A DNA stretch of 64,000 bases, from NCBI GenBank assembly GCA_963701295.1, contig OY969585.1:640001-704000 (forward strand), written 5' to 3'. Source of the stretch: Ignavibacteriota bacterium. GTDB taxonomy: Bacteria; Bacteroidota; Ignavibacteria; UBA10030. Positions 1-11,051 of this stretch are shown in pieces. Both the position numbers and the translations under genes were made by a program. Within the stretch, counting starts at the first letter, position 1; each line of letters opens with the position of its first letter. A model generated the notes under the pieces. The model saw only the letters and a list, made by a program, of their open reading frames with translations, made no database searches and had not been told where the DNA came from.

Positions 1-309
1 CCATTCATTCCACATATCAAATCCTTTATTCTGTCCATGCATGACTAAATCGATAGAGAGATGCAAGGCAGACATAGGAATATACCACAGTATTTTGCTG
101 ATCGACCCTGTATGCGCACTATAATAAAGTTTCCAAGAATCGTGTTCAGCCCGAAATCCATACCATCCTATCAGGTCAGGCGCTCCTCCAAGTAACGCTC
201 CAAGCAGTACAAGCAGCCAAAGGGGAGAGGCTTTACTGCAAAGACGCGAAATAAAAGGCGCTAACATCATCAATGCGCCCTGGGTCGTATGACATATCGG
301 ATCTGCCAT
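1..309 (-). CDS. YdjM-like membrane metal-dependent hydrolase, 3' end runs off the window
   Basis: Not in the ORF track. Hand translation from ATG 309 gives MADPICHTTQG...LLGGAPDL...AHTGS...LHLSIDL, with the family's His, PD, His and HxxxD motifs and hydrophobic segments. Confidence 0.6.
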   Translation of the reverse strand, partial: MADPICHTTQGALMMLAPFISRLCSKASPLWLLVLLGALLGGAPDLIGWYGFRAEHDSWKLYYSAHTGSISKILWYIPMSALHLSIDLVMHGQNKGFDMWNEW

Positions 310-436
310 TTCTACTTCATTCTTAAATGATATTATCTATTTCCCAACGTCATTCCATTTATTTTGAGGAACGATATATACTATTTAATAATTTGCAGTT
401 ATGCCATAGGCTATTATAAAATCTATTCATACGTAT

Positions 437-1594
437 CTATTGAAAACGATTATAAAATGCAATTTGATCGGAAACAATACATCTTTGATCAAATTCCGCC
501 TGAATCCTTTCTTGCGCGCTTTGCCCCATTTGTATTCTTAGAGACTCAGAGCGTAAAAGCACCTCGAGTTTACCCGCGAGCTCTTTCACATCGCAAATTG
601 GCACGATATACCCTGTCTTTCCATCAACCACAGCAATCTCACACCCAGACGTTGCTGTGATAATCGAGGGTTTCCCCATTGCACCTGCTTCAATAGGGAT
701 ACGAGGAAATCCTTCATGATGTGAAGGATGAACAACAATGTCGACCGCCGCCATAGCAAGAGGAATATCATGCTGGAAACCAGTGAAAACAACTTGAGCG
801 CCAAAAGGTGACTGCTTAACGAGATCTTTAAGGAGATGAATTGTCTTTTGATCGTTGTCTGTTGAAAGGACATCTCCGACATATACTAACTGAACTTGAA
901 TATCGTGCTCTCGTAATTCAGAAAAAGCATAGAAGAGATCGATGATGCCTTTTGCTCCTATCATTCTTCCATAGAATCCTATAGTGAGGATCTCGGATTT
1001 TAGTTGAAACCTTTTGCGAAACTCTTCTATCGCTAGAGCGCTTATTCTGTCAGGGCTAAACACCTCCAAATCAACACCAAATTCATGACGCAGACAGACT
1101 ATCTTTCTCTTTGGCACAAGTACAAACTTTCTAAGTACCTGAAAATCCGAATCGTTAATGGTTATAAAAAGATCCACCATCCAGGAAGTGAGCCATTCTG
1201 TTAAGAAATAAAATGCAGAAAAATTCCATGGTACTCCATTGCCAATAATTGCACCAACAACCGAGTGAACAACTGCAACTTTTCGAATGCCTACCCCAGC
1301 GAACCGCGACAGCAATCCGGCTTTTGGTGTATAGCTATGAATAATATTGATTTTTTCTTCCAAAATTATTCTGCGAAGCGCTCCAATCGCCTTTGGAAGT
1401 GTAAAGGTAACATTGCGAAGATCGATTGGCAGAAGATGATGAACAAAGCCTGACTCCTGCATCTTTTGCAGACCCTCTCCAGGTCCAGAAGCAAACTGAA
1501 CTTGCCATCCCATAGACTTGAGTGCTTGTGCCAAAGGAAATATAAAACGCACTGCGGTTATCGGAACACGTGTCACAAAAAGGATTTTGCTCAT
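437..1594 (-). CDS. GT4 glycosyltransferase
   Basis: IHSYTPKAG, GRMIGAKG and PSHHEGFPRIPIEA (EX7E) GT-B motifs. Confidence 0.9.
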   Translation of the reverse strand: MSKILFVTRVPITAVRFIFPLAQALKSMGWQVQFASGPGEGLQKMQESGFVHHLLPIDLRNVTFTLPKAIGALRRIILEEKINIIHSYTPKAGLLSRFAGVGIRKVAVVHSVVGAIIGNGVPWNFSAFYFLTEWLTSWMVDLFITINDSDFQVLRKFVLVPKRKIVCLRHEFGVDLEVFSPDRISALAIEEFRKRFQLKSEILTIGFYGRMIGAKGIIDLFYAFSELREHDIQVQLVYVGDVLSTDNDQKTIHLLKDLVKQSPFGAQVVFTGFQHDIPLAMAAVDIVVHPSHHEGFPRIPIEAGAMGKPSIITATSGCEIAVVDGKTGYIVPICDVKELAGKLEVLLRSESLRIQMGQSAQERIQAEFDQRCIVSDQIAFYNRFQ

Positions 1595-1604
1595 GCTATT
1601 TTTA

Positions 1605-2504
1605 TTAGGTATCGAGACCAGGTAATTTTATATGAGATATGTACTGAATTTCACGGTTGAAGTGATTGAGTAGATTCTTATCGTCGATTAAACTATTTCT
1701 TCGTGTGAGAAGTATATCCATCTTACCGAGAGCCGAAAGAATACGGACGATCACTGATTTGCAATACGATTTGCACGTCATAAGCGCGATTTCCCAATGG
1801 TCAAACCACAAAGAACCGTATTTTTTATACGATTGACGTTGAAGCACATAGTCACCGAGAAGTTTCCCTGTGGTAAAATTATTCCCTTCCCGGTAATAGT
1901 AAAGAGGCTCGCTCATAACATAAATGTTCAAGTCATTTTTTGAAAAGGCCTGTACCCACAGTTCAAAATCCTGCCCTCTCTGAGATAGAACGTAGGGGTT
2001 GCGTAAAAACCATGATTTTCTCCCAAGTATTGCGCCATGGCAAATTGCGTGACGACCGAGCAGAAGCTGACGTCCTGTTATGGAATCATCCGGCGAACCA
2101 GATCGAATGCCGATGGGACGACTGTCGTTCGTGATTGAGCATACTCCCGTCGTCACCAAATTTATTTCCGGATGGTTATTGAGAATTGCCGCCTGTTTTT
2201 CGAATCGTGTTGGAGAAATCAAGTCATCGGCATCCATCCGTCCGACCAGGTCGAATTTTGCTTCCGCTACGATCTGGTTGAGACGGGATGGGAGGCGCTT
2301 GTTTTGTCCATCAGAAATAACTCGGACACGTGAATCTTTGACAGAATGGGCAATCTCAAGTGACCGATCAGTGGATCCGTCATCGACAAGTAGAAGTTCC
2401 CAGTCTTGATAGGTCTGAGCGAAAACAGAACGTATAGCGTCGGCTAAATACGCCTCTGCATTAAAAAATGGAATTCCGATAGTAATTGGCACAGATGCCC
2501 TCAT
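1605..2504 (-). CDS. GT2 glycosyltransferase
   Basis: IPFFN, VDDGSTD and RMDADD GT-A motifs. Confidence 0.9.
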   Translation of the reverse strand: MRASVPITIGIPFFNAEAYLADAIRSVFAQTYQDWELLLVDDGSTDRSLEIAHSVKDSRVRVISDGQNKRLPSRLNQIVAEAKFDLVGRMDADDLISPTRFEKQAAILNNHPEINLVTTGVCSITNDSRPIGIRSGSPDDSITGRQLLLGRHAICHGAILGRKSWFLRNPYVLSQRGQDFELWVQAFSKNDLNIYVMSEPLYYYREGNNFTTGKLLGDYVLQRQSYKKYGSLWFDHWEIALMTCKSYCKSVIVRILSALGKMDILLTRRNSLIDDKNLLNHFNREIQYISHIKLPGLDT

Positions 2505-2520
2505 GAGATGAAAATATTAT

Positions 2521-3591
2521 CTAAAACAAAAGAGATGGATTGAATTTATAGGGAATAAGATTACTCCAGGCTGTAGTGGTCATCATATAAAAGACGAGAT
2601 AGCCTATGACAAAGATATAACCAACGACGAACCTCGACAATCGATCGGGAATATTTTTGAAAACGATCGGCCACAAAAACACAGCGGCTACGTTGAAATA
2701 GAGACTATAACGAAGGAGACCGGATGGATTCGTACTTAATACCATCGAAACCACGCTTATCATCATGCCGAATAAATACATATTGAGGAACCTATCATAT
2801 TGGGCCCGATCGATATGGATAGATTTCTTAAAGAGGAAGAAAAAGATGCCTAACACAGAGGTGAAACCGATCATAAAGTATCCCCCACCTCTACCGACAG
2901 CTCCATAAGCTTCGTATCGTGTATCAATCGAAGAAGCAAACGCTAAGATATTTTCATAAAACACTGCCGAGGTGAGCCCTACTAATACAATGATCAGATT
3001 GATCCTGAATGTATTTGCCTTATTAAAAATAAAATACACCGGCAACATCATGATGGCTGTCTTGTGAAAAAGATAGGCGAGAAAAACATAGATGCAGTAT
3101 TTTATGAATTTCCTTTCCAATAACGGACTGAGCGCTAACGCGTAAATAGCACAGGCGATCCCCTGTCGAGCCCCATTGAGACAGAATGAATAAATTCCCA
3201 TAGCAATATAGACGAAGAATGAAATTTCAATTGCATCGGAATGTGCAACGATAGACCGTTGATAACAAATGACTACAATGATTGCAATAGTGAAAAAGAA
3301 AGTTATATATTCATTTGAAATGAAGTGTATCAGCCAAATCATGACCCAGAAACCATATTCTCCCATCTTTTTTCCAACAGTGTCGACATCTTCAAGGGTT
3401 TTCACTTTATTGAAATAGCTTACATAATCTCCCGTATCTGTTCCCACACTTCGATCTCGCAAACCTGCCACAAGAACCATCGAAGTGAAAGCAACACCGA
3501 GCAATAATCGCGACAGGATGACGGATTTTGATTTTCTTGCCAGAAATGCAGCCAGAACAACAATAAAGAGGTTTATAAAATAGACCAGCAT
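2521..3591 (-). CDS. wzy: EpsG-family Wzy-like polysaccharide polymerase
   Basis: About 10 hydrophobic segments with GLRDRSVGTDTGDY, RQGIA and FHKTA EpsG motifs. Confidence 0.8.
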   Translation of the reverse strand: MLVYFINLFIVVLAAFLARKSKSVILSRLLLGVAFTSMVLVAGLRDRSVGTDTGDYVSYFNKVKTLEDVDTVGKKMGEYGFWVMIWLIHFISNEYITFFFTIAIIVVICYQRSIVAHSDAIEISFFVYIAMGIYSFCLNGARQGIACAIYALALSPLLERKFIKYCIYVFLAYLFHKTAIMMLPVYFIFNKANTFRINLIIVLVGLTSAVFYENILAFASSIDTRYEAYGAVGRGGGYFMIGFTSVLGIFFFLFKKSIHIDRAQYDRFLNMYLFGMMISVVSMVLSTNPSGLLRYSLYFNVAAVFLWPIVFKNIPDRLSRFVVGYIFVIGYLVFYMMTTTAWSNLIPYKFNPSLLF

Positions 3592-3759
3592 TTCGACTCT
3601 TCAAAATAATTAATGGATTGAGAGTAAACACCGTATTCAGCCCTATCAGACAGATCGTATTGTATCGTCATTTTTCCATCCATCGATGTTTGGTTTCAAA
3701 AGAAATTCTCTAGTGAAGAACCTTCGATTTCATGTCTGTTGCAATGAAAACGAATCACA

Positions 3760-4782
3760 TTATTCAATGACAAAAGAATTGAAAACAGACTTGCCCTTGC
3801 GGTAGCAATCCCGTGCAAAGAACCAAAAAACACGACGGACTTTGGCGAAGGAGGAGCCGCGAATCGCCCGATAGAAATCTCTCGTTTTCCAGGAAAGCGC
3901 ATTGTGCGAATTAAGATATGTCCAATGCTCATCCGTAAGGCGATTCCGGATCAACTCCATCACTCTCCCTCTGTGAGATTCGTCGATAGTATCATGAAGC
4001 CCACGAAAGACATTCAACTGGGATTGAAGCACTACACTTCGATATTCCTCGTAGAGATTTTTTGAAATTAAGAAATCTCGAATCATGTCAAAAATGAAAA
4101 TCCTGTCTGTTATTTTCCAATCCGTCCGATACGTCGTTGCGGATGGTTGAATGCGATAGTAATAAAGTTTTTCCGGAAGAATCATCGGTTTCTGAGCAAG
4201 AAGTACCAGCTGCCAGTGGACAAAAATATCTTCGTAGATACGTCCTTCAGGAAACTTGATGTTATTTGAGCGGACAAAATCTGTGCGAACACATTTTGTC
4301 CAGACCACTCCCATTTGCTGTAAGAGCATTTTTCTGTCCGAAGATCTCAATTCAGACAACGTGGCAGACGCTAAAGTGCTCGAGGAAATTTCGCGAATAT
4401 CTTTGAATTTCATAAAATCATAAATCACCATATCGGAATTATGACTCTTGGCAAGTTCATAGGCTTTGCGACATAAGTCTCTGTCTATGATATCATCCGA
4501 GTCGACAAAAACGATATACTCTCCGGTAACCTGTGATAATGCTCGATTGCGGGCAATGGCCTGTCCTTCATTGGCTTTGTCGATAACCTTGATACGTGAA
4601 TCTTTTTCGGCATACTCTCGAAGAATCGCTAACGAACCATCCTTCGATCCGTCGTTCACGCAGATGATTTCTATTTCGCGGAGTGTCTGATTCACAACAG
4701 AATCCAAACACTCGCGAATGTACCGTTCCACGTTGTACACGGGCATAATAATTGAGACACATATGGAGGGTCTATCGTTCAT
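3760..4782 (-). CDS. GT2 glycosyltransferase
   Basis: IMPVYN, VNDGSKD, ARN, FVDSDD and YED motifs. Confidence 0.9.
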   Translation of the reverse strand: MNDRPSICVSIIMPVYNVERYIRECLDSVVNQTLREIEIICVNDGSKDGSLAILREYAEKDSRIKVIDKANEGQAIARNRALSQVTGEYIVFVDSDDIIDRDLCRKAYELAKSHNSDMVIYDFMKFKDIREISSSTLASATLSELRSSDRKMLLQQMGVVWTKCVRTDFVRSNNIKFPEGRIYEDIFVHWQLVLLAQKPMILPEKLYYYRIQPSATTYRTDWKITDRIFIFDMIRDFLISKNLYEEYRSVVLQSQLNVFRGLHDTIDESHRGRVMELIRNRLTDEHWTYLNSHNALSWKTRDFYRAIRGSSFAKVRRVFWFFARDCYRKGKSVFNSFVIE

Positions 4783-4808
4783 TCTCGAGAAATCTCATTC
4801 ATACAGAA

Positions 4809-6074
4809 CTATGCATTTCCACTATGACCGGTCGCTTGTTTCAAAGCTTCTTCAAGATACCGCAGCGATTTTGCACGCTCTCCCTCTAACATGGTTTCCG
4901 CTTTCGAAAAATCCATTTTCAACGGATCTTCAAGAATCGGCATTTCAGACTTCATCAGTCGTGATGTAAGCCCCAGGAGACTCAGAATACTATAGATGCG
5001 GGTGGCCATCGATGCCGTGCTAAAAGAACCGGGGCGTTCGAAAACATAGAACGGCCTCTTGAAGTTTATAGAAAATATAGTGCCATGAAACGAATCCGTG
5101 CAGACAAGACTTGCATTCTTTACAAGCCCCAGAAATTCTGCTGGGCCGGCATCACTGCAATTTATTGTGTTCGGTCCTTCCATATCACGGTGATCGCGAG
5201 AGACTACAACGAGGCGAAATCCTGTTTGATTACCCAATTTTATTGCGAGGTCCCTGTACACCTGTCCTTCACCTAAGAAATAACATAAGATATACGGTCC
5301 CTGTATATCCGGTTCTATGGCAATGTGATTCCATTGATCATAGTTTAACAACAATGTCGGGTCAAGAACAACTTCGGCATTTCTTCCAGTGAGTTCCTTT
5401 ATCAGATCAGCACCTTGTTTTTCCCGTGAAGATAAGTATGGGATACCATGAATGAATTCTGCCATCTCCGTGCGGAACTTATCAGGAATTTTCGGAATCG
5501 CGATACTGGGGGCATAGGAAATCCTTTTAGCCTTGGGAGCAAAATCCAGGAAATAGGCAGGTTCGTTTCGAGCCTGATCGGGATTCTTGCACATGAACGG
5601 ATTCCATATTTGATCGCTGCCACAAACATACGCATCGTACTGCGGGGAGGATTTTTTCAGTGCTTCGCTCAATGTATAATGATGTTCGGACAGTTTTATA
5701 TACTTACGACGAAAGGAATCAAATCTCGTCTTCCGCAATCCAATAGAGCCATGCGAATGCATAGGAGGCAAAACATCTCCACGATTCTTAATGAAAAGAC
5801 TAAAGTAGTACCGGAAATCCCGTATGTAGAGAGGCATCCGCATAATTCTTCGTCCTATTGACTTTACCAGATATCTTGTTTTCGAAGGAATAGGAGTTGG
5901 ATCAAAATCAATAATTTGACATTCGTAACCAAAACGATCGATTGTCTCTTGAAGTGCATAAGCCAAGAGCACTCCACCGATATTATCGACATAGTGGATC
6001 GTTATCATACCTATTTTTTTCTTTATACTAATTTCATATTCCTTTCGCTTTTTTGTCTTTTCATCCCGGCTCAT
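4809..6074 (-). CDS. Polysaccharide pyruvyl transferase family protein
   Basis: NIGGVLLAYAL, CGSDQIWN, SSRE, LDPTLLL and TDSFHG motifs. Confidence 0.88.
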   Translation of the reverse strand: MSRDEKTKKRKEYEISIKKKIGMITIHYVDNIGGVLLAYALQETIDRFGYECQIIDFDPTPIPSKTRYLVKSIGRRIMRMPLYIRDFRYYFSLFIKNRGDVLPPMHSHGSIGLRKTRFDSFRRKYIKLSEHHYTLSEALKKSSPQYDAYVCGSDQIWNPFMCKNPDQARNEPAYFLDFAPKAKRISYAPSIAIPKIPDKFRTEMAEFIHGIPYLSSREKQGADLIKELTGRNAEVVLDPTLLLNYDQWNHIAIEPDIQGPYILCYFLGEGQVYRDLAIKLGNQTGFRLVVVSRDHRDMEGPNTINCSDAGPAEFLGLVKNASLVCTDSFHGTIFSINFKRPFYVFERPGSFSTASMATRIYSILSLLGLTSRLMKSEMPILEDPLKMDFSKAETMLEGERAKSLRYLEEALKQATGHSGNA

Positions 6075-6145
6075 TTTTGTTCATGCTTCGATGGTATTAT
6101 ATCCTTTTGTAGAATGGAAATTCAAAAGAAATCATGCCGACGTTT

Positions 6146-7384
6146 TTATTTATCTGCTTGAAGTCGATTTTGATAAATTTGAAGCAGATTGTTCAGAGAG
6201 GATTGAATCGAAAATGGACTCTTTTGAACAAGGGCAATTCCTTCTTGTACAGGTATTTTCTTCGAGACAGCTTTCTCGATTTCGTCTGCCCATTCTGTGA
6301 GACTTGCATGCAGGGATACAGTATTTACGCGTTCAGAAAAGCGCCCAGTGAAATCTTTTGTGATTGTGTCGGAACATACCGTGTATAATCCGCTTGCCAC
6401 AGCCTCTAATCCTACGACAGGCAGCCCTTCATACAGCGACGGAAGTACATGCATATCGAACCCGTGAACCATCAAAGAAGGTACATCGTTGAACAGACCG
6501 GGCAAAAATACTCGATGCTGAAGATTTTGTTTTTTTACCATCCGATCGAGAATCGGTCGGAGAGGACCATCGCCAGCCATGAAAAGATGGTACCGCTCGT
6601 TTCTCTTCGCGAGTTCAGCAAAAACTTTCAGGAGGAAGAAATGGTTCTTGACGCGATTGTGCCACATGCTGCCGGCGTGTCCGACAATGATTGCATCGTT
6701 AGGAATTCCATGTGATCTTCGAAAATCATTTCGGGTCCACTTCTTTCTGGCTTCATCAAAACGCTCAAGCGAAACGCCGCAATAGAGCACTTTGCATCGC
6801 TTGTCTCTATCCCAGTGATCTGATACCAGAAACCGTCCAGATTCGTTACTTGCAGCGAGGATATCACTCGCGTACTCAAGAATTCGTTGTCGATCGAGCG
6901 TTCGAAATCGTACTCCTCGCACCCACAATTCTGGATTCCTGCGAAATCTTCCTATCCCTGTCGTATGACAATGCGCAATACGCACTCGTACACCGCAATT
7001 CGCTGCCTTCTTGACGGCATCACCAAGAAATTCTGTGCCATGGGCATGAAAAACGTGATAGTTGCCTCCAGCGAGCACCTCTTCAAGGGTAGAGTCGCTT
7101 TTGCCGAGACCGATAATATTCAGCCGTTTCTGGAGACGGTTTGTCGGCCGAGTTGTAAAAATTTTGCATCCGTAGCTCTTCGCTTCATCCTCGTATGTAC
7201 CGCCGGGTGTTGAGACAATAAAATCAAAATGCATGGCGTCGGAGCGCTGACGCAATACGTTCATCAGCCAGGTTTCAATCCCACCTCTATTCAAACTCCC
7301 GACGAAGTGTAGTACACGAAGTTGTCCGTTATTCAATACAAAACCCTCGAAAGATTTACTTTCATCGGTACATGCATTCATCAT
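6146..7384 (-). CDS. GT4 glycosyltransferase (EpsF-like)
   Basis: LNRGGIETWLMN, VKNH and PSLYEGLPVVGLEA motifs. Confidence 0.88.
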   Translation of the reverse strand: MMNACTDESKSFEGFVLNNGQLRVLHFVGSLNRGGIETWLMNVLRQRSDAMHFDFIVSTPGGTYEDEAKSYGCKIFTTRPTNRLQKRLNIIGLGKSDSTLEEVLAGGNYHVFHAHGTEFLGDAVKKAANCGVRVRIAHCHTTGIGRFRRNPELWVRGVRFRTLDRQRILEYASDILAASNESGRFLVSDHWDRDKRCKVLYCGVSLERFDEARKKWTRNDFRRSHGIPNDAIIVGHAGSMWHNRVKNHFFLLKVFAELAKRNERYHLFMAGDGPLRPILDRMVKKQNLQHRVFLPGLFNDVPSLMVHGFDMHVLPSLYEGLPVVGLEAVASGLYTVCSDTITKDFTGRFSERVNTVSLHASLTEWADEIEKAVSKKIPVQEGIALVQKSPFSIQSSLNNLLQIYQNRLQADK

Positions 7385-7428
7385 TCAGCATGATACTAAA
7401 TCCATTGTGTTACTATGCCACATCATTC

Positions 7429-8421
7429 TCATCCACGTTTGACAGTGTTATCTGAGAGTTCTGTCAAGTGCAGTTTATCTCCATACTCAATTTCATATTG
7501 TGGGGGGGAAAATGGACCTGATCCACCGTGCGGATAAAATGTCATTTCACCGGCATAAACCTTACCACAAATATCATAAAGGTCAACTCGAACAAAGTCG
7601 AATGGACGTGACATTTTCCGAACGACTTCTATCATTTCCTCAAGGCATTTAGGCCGTGCCACTTTCTCATCAGAATTCTTTTTCACCAATTTCACAGGGA
7701 GCAAATTCCACTGTAGATCGTAGAAATTACGACGATGATCACCGAAACGATCAACATCAACATGAATCAGGAGCGGTTCCCCATTGAAGCACAAAAATTT
7801 GTAGTCCTTTGGTATTTGATTGTTGTCATCGAAGAGAACTTTTTCACATATAATACGTGGAGGAATATCCCTGTACGCCCACTCACAATCGAAGTAGTAA
7901 GCATTCACTTTTAAATGATGCTTCAAGATCCGCACTGCCTTTTTCTTGTCGAACGAGCTCTTGTCTAAACAGAAAACATTACCCCCGCTTGCATGGTTAA
8001 CCTTGAGCACGTAGGGAGCGGGAAGTTCATCAAACGGTATTTCGCTTGGTTGTTTATACACACCCAACAAGGGAATCAAATATTTTTCTCCAATTGTCTC
8101 CTTCACATATTCTCTTACAGCGTACTTATCGGCACACTTTACCATCAGAGGGTCGTGTTTGTGTAGTTTGATCCAAGCAATTTTCTCATTAAAAGTACGC
8201 GGGCTATCCAGATTTGGCGAAAAGCCGTAATTCTGAATGAAATGATCACTAACCACATCCCTTTCTCCTTCTCGTGCAATGCGCCTCTTCATCTTCCAAA
8301 TGTGGTACCGGTGATAGGGAAATTTTATATACGGATAAATAGTCCGACGAATTATGGAATCCAGCCCCTGCTGAATAATGGAAAAGACGCTTGAATTCTT
8401 CTTGATCACACGGGTTTCCAT
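7429..8421 (-). CDS. TupA-like ATP-grasp protein (putative amide ligase)
   Basis: PRTFNEK, ADKYAVREYV, VLKVNHASG, DYKF, FVRVDLY and GEMTFYP motifs. Confidence 0.88.
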   Translation of the reverse strand: METRVIKKNSSVFSIIQQGLDSIIRRTIYPYIKFPYHRYHIWKMKRRIAREGERDVVSDHFIQNYGFSPNLDSPRTFNEKIAWIKLHKHDPLMVKCADKYAVREYVKETIGEKYLIPLLGVYKQPSEIPFDELPAPYVLKVNHASGGNVFCLDKSSFDKKKAVRILKHHLKVNAYYFDCEWAYRDIPPRIICEKVLFDDNNQIPKDYKFLCFNGEPLLIHVDVDRFGDHRRNFYDLQWNLLPVKLVKKNSDEKVARPKCLEEMIEVVRKMSRPFDFVRVDLYDICGKVYAGEMTFYPHGGSGPFSPPQYEIEYGDKLHLTELSDNTVKRG

Positions 8422-8452
8422 AAAAACATACCTTTCTTCATCCTTTGCATAG

Positions 8453-8548
8453 TCACATGAGAGTTTCGATACGAAAATAGCTGAACCTTAAAACAGCTAA
8501 TTTTTCTTGATGATTGCTCTCAACTTCAGGTTGGTGAATGATTAACAT
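8453..8548 (-). pseudogene. Possible N-terminal remnant of a PP-loop paralog (31 aa)
   Basis: MLIIHQPEVESNHQEKLAVLRFSY weakly resembles MVVVRRPEIENLIDGNVKLKTVF at the start of 8649..9821. Confidence 0.25.
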
Positions 8549-8648
8549 ACGAACATCCCAATAATTTCCTCTTCAGTAATACGCTGCCTTTCATTGAAAT
8601 TCTCACGATGTGTAGAATCGATAGAATCTGAATTTCTACAGCGCAGAA

Positions 8649-9821
8649 TTAGCTCTTCTTTTTCATTGTCCGTTTTATCCAGTTTATGAACCGGTGTTGA
8701 TACCATGCGAGATAATAACAAATCCGCGGTACGAGACGAAAATCTTTTCTTCCAACCATAGCCTCGTACAGCGCTCGGTAAGAACCCGTTGGCTTTTTGT
8801 AAGCCAATACATACCCAACAAACCATTTTCTATTCTTTCTATAGAGATGGAGATCGAAAACGTTCTGATAAAGTTGAAGCTTGCCTAAGATATCCAGCGT
8901 CAACATAGTCCTCAGGCATTTTTCGCACATCGAGCAATTAGCATCCCCATTCACACAGACATTCAAATAACGATATGAAAGTGGAAATGCGACAACAAGC
9001 TTCGTTTTCTCTACTCGCGTATAACAAGTTCCCGTAGAAAAAAAGGTCAGCATTTCCGTCGATACCATAGGCAAGGAGAAAATATCATAGTCGCAAGATA
9101 ATTCGCGAACAAATTGAAAATCCCTAATACTACTGCCTGACGAACAATAGTAAGTCTTAAACAATTTCTGCAAAGCAAGGGCTGCTGAGACATTTGCAAA
9201 TGTGCTTGTAGCGGCAAAGGGTCTTTCCAATATTTCTTCCATATTAGAGTCTACGACTATAAGGGGCAATCCAAGTTCTTGCGCACATTGACGGACACGA
9301 TTGGTCCTTTCTTGAAACAGCTTCTGTGTCTTTTCAGGGTCGGTCCACAATGGGCTATGCCCACCAACGTTGAAAAACGCGCAATGAGTTAATCTATACC
9401 CCTTGGGTTGCCGCTCCGAAAGAAGATCTATAATTGTACTAAAGGAATCGATTCCACACGAAAGACCAGTTCCGACTCCTCCTGCATTCGAAAGAGGTGT
9501 TGAACTCACGGGACAATCGAAAGGAACCACGTGCCACTCTTTAAAAACATACACCATAGCTTTCTGAAGATAATTGGTTATGGTATAATACAAACGCTCC
9601 GATATCGGTACTTCCATCTTCACAGGTAGATTTCGCTTCATCGCATAGAAGAGCAAGGGAAGAATGAAAGCATCACCACGTTCATGACAGAAGTACTGTG
9701 CAAACTCAGGTGTTGTGGAGTACCACATTTCCTTTTTGACATTGTTCACCTCAAACACTGTCTTTAGTTTGACATTGCCATCGATGAGATTCTCAATTTC
9801 AGGCCGGCGTACAACTACCAT
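8649..9821 (-). CDS. PP-loop (adenylating) protein with C-terminal Cys cluster, EPS-associated, function unknown
   Basis: GLSCGIDS PP-loop-like motif, TRVEK, and LNVC...NCSMCEKCLRT. Confidence 0.7.
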   Translation of the reverse strand: MVVVRRPEIENLIDGNVKLKTVFEVNNVKKEMWYSTTPEFAQYFCHERGDAFILPLLFYAMKRNLPVKMEVPISERLYYTITNYLQKAMVYVFKEWHVVPFDCPVSSTPLSNAGGVGTGLSCGIDSFSTIIDLLSERQPKGYRLTHCAFFNVGGHSPLWTDPEKTQKLFQERTNRVRQCAQELGLPLIVVDSNMEEILERPFAATSTFANVSAALALQKLFKTYYCSSGSSIRDFQFVRELSCDYDIFSLPMVSTEMLTFFSTGTCYTRVEKTKLVVAFPLSYRYLNVCVNGDANCSMCEKCLRTMLTLDILGKLQLYQNVFDLHLYRKNRKWFVGYVLAYKKPTGSYRALYEAMVGRKDFRLVPRICYYLAWYQHRFINWIKRTMKKKS

Positions 9822-9851
9822 CGTAATCCTAGATATTTCCTATTTGGGGAT

Positions 9852-10985
9852 TTATTTAATCTCGTAAGGATATATTTGCTTCCGTTTCTGGAACGACAAT
9901 ATGTGTTCATTTCGGATGATCCCATCATGTATATCAATTGCCCTATGAATTGTGTCATCCCTTTCCCATGATTTCGGACCTCGGGAAATAATATCAAGAA
10001 ACGGTAAAAGAGCTTTCGAAATCTCCCGGGATGCAGCATCCCATAAATATGTCGGAATATGGTCGACCGAGTAATACGAAATTCCGTTCATCAGTGTGAT
10101 AATCGGATCCGCGAATGTCGTCGGTTGTGCGAATGAAAAACCCATACCCTTATCGCAGCTTACATCGATGATAATGGTCCGTGGTTTCAGCGCTTTGATA
10201 GTTGAATCGTCAACGAAAATGAGAGGGCTATCGACATCCTGCAGAACACCATTGCAGATAATGTCTGCTTGCGCGAGTTCATCAATAAGAGGAATTATTT
10301 TACCATCGGGAAGCCGTGCCATAAGAAGCCCTCCCTCATCTATAAAAAAGTTGTTATAGTATACATCCGGATTCTGATCTGCGACCACATGAGACGGCCG
10401 CCGAGTATAGACCTGAATGTTGTTGAACCCTCGTCCTTGGAGAGCATAAATCGCACCTCTGCTGACAGATCCATATCCAAGAATTGCCATCGTTCTTCGC
10501 GGCCCATAATGGCCGTCGATCCCAAGAAGCTGAAGTGTATGAAGTACCGCCGCATATCCGGCTATCTCATTATTTTTATAGAAAATATGCATGAGCTTTT
10601 CACCACCGCTACTCCATTGATGCATCGATTCCCATGAAATCAACGTTAATTTCTGATCAATTGCGGCTTGTGCAATATTCCGTTGCTGTACACAGTGTGT
10701 CCAACCCCAGAGTATTTGATTATTTCTCATCTTTTTCAAATCCTCAATAACCGGCTTCGGCAACACTATGATATCACAGCGTTTAAATAATTCTTCTCTT
10801 TTGAGCATTCCACAACATTTTCCCAAAAAATATTCATTTGGATAACCGAACTCTTCTCCATACTTTTCTTCGAAGATTATGTTATTCCGAATTTCTTCCG
10901 GTATCCAAAGCAAGTGCTCCGGATAAATCGGTACACGTTTCTCATTTTCTTTGAATGAAGTTCTGATAACACCAATTGTTAACAT
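9852..10985 (-). CDS. ceo: N5-(carboxyethyl)ornithine synthase family protein (AlaDH/PNT fold)
   Basis: KENEKRVPIYP, WGWTHCVQ, KNNEIAGY, GYGSVSRGA NAD(P) site, IIDVSCD and VDHIP. Confidence 0.82.
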   Translation of the reverse strand: MLTIGVIRTSFKENEKRVPIYPEHLLWIPEEIRNNIIFEEKYGEEFGYPNEYFLGKCCGMLKREELFKRCDIIVLPKPVIEDLKKMRNNQILWGWTHCVQQRNIAQAAIDQKLTLISWESMHQWSSGGEKLMHIFYKNNEIAGYAAVLHTLQLLGIDGHYGPRRTMAILGYGSVSRGAIYALQGRGFNNIQVYTRRPSHVVADQNPDVYYNNFFIDEGGLLMARLPDGKIIPLIDELAQADIICNGVLQDVDSPLIFVDDSTIKALKPRTIIIDVSCDKGMGFSFAQPTTFADPIITLMNGISYYSVDHIPTYLWDAASREISKALLPFLDIISRGPKSWERDDTIHRAIDIHDGIIRNEHILSFQKRKQIYPYEIK

Positions 10986-11051
10986 AAAGACACGGGGAGA
11001 ATGAGTTGAAGAAAGGGCTATGGATAAAGGAAAAAATATAAAAGATTTTTT

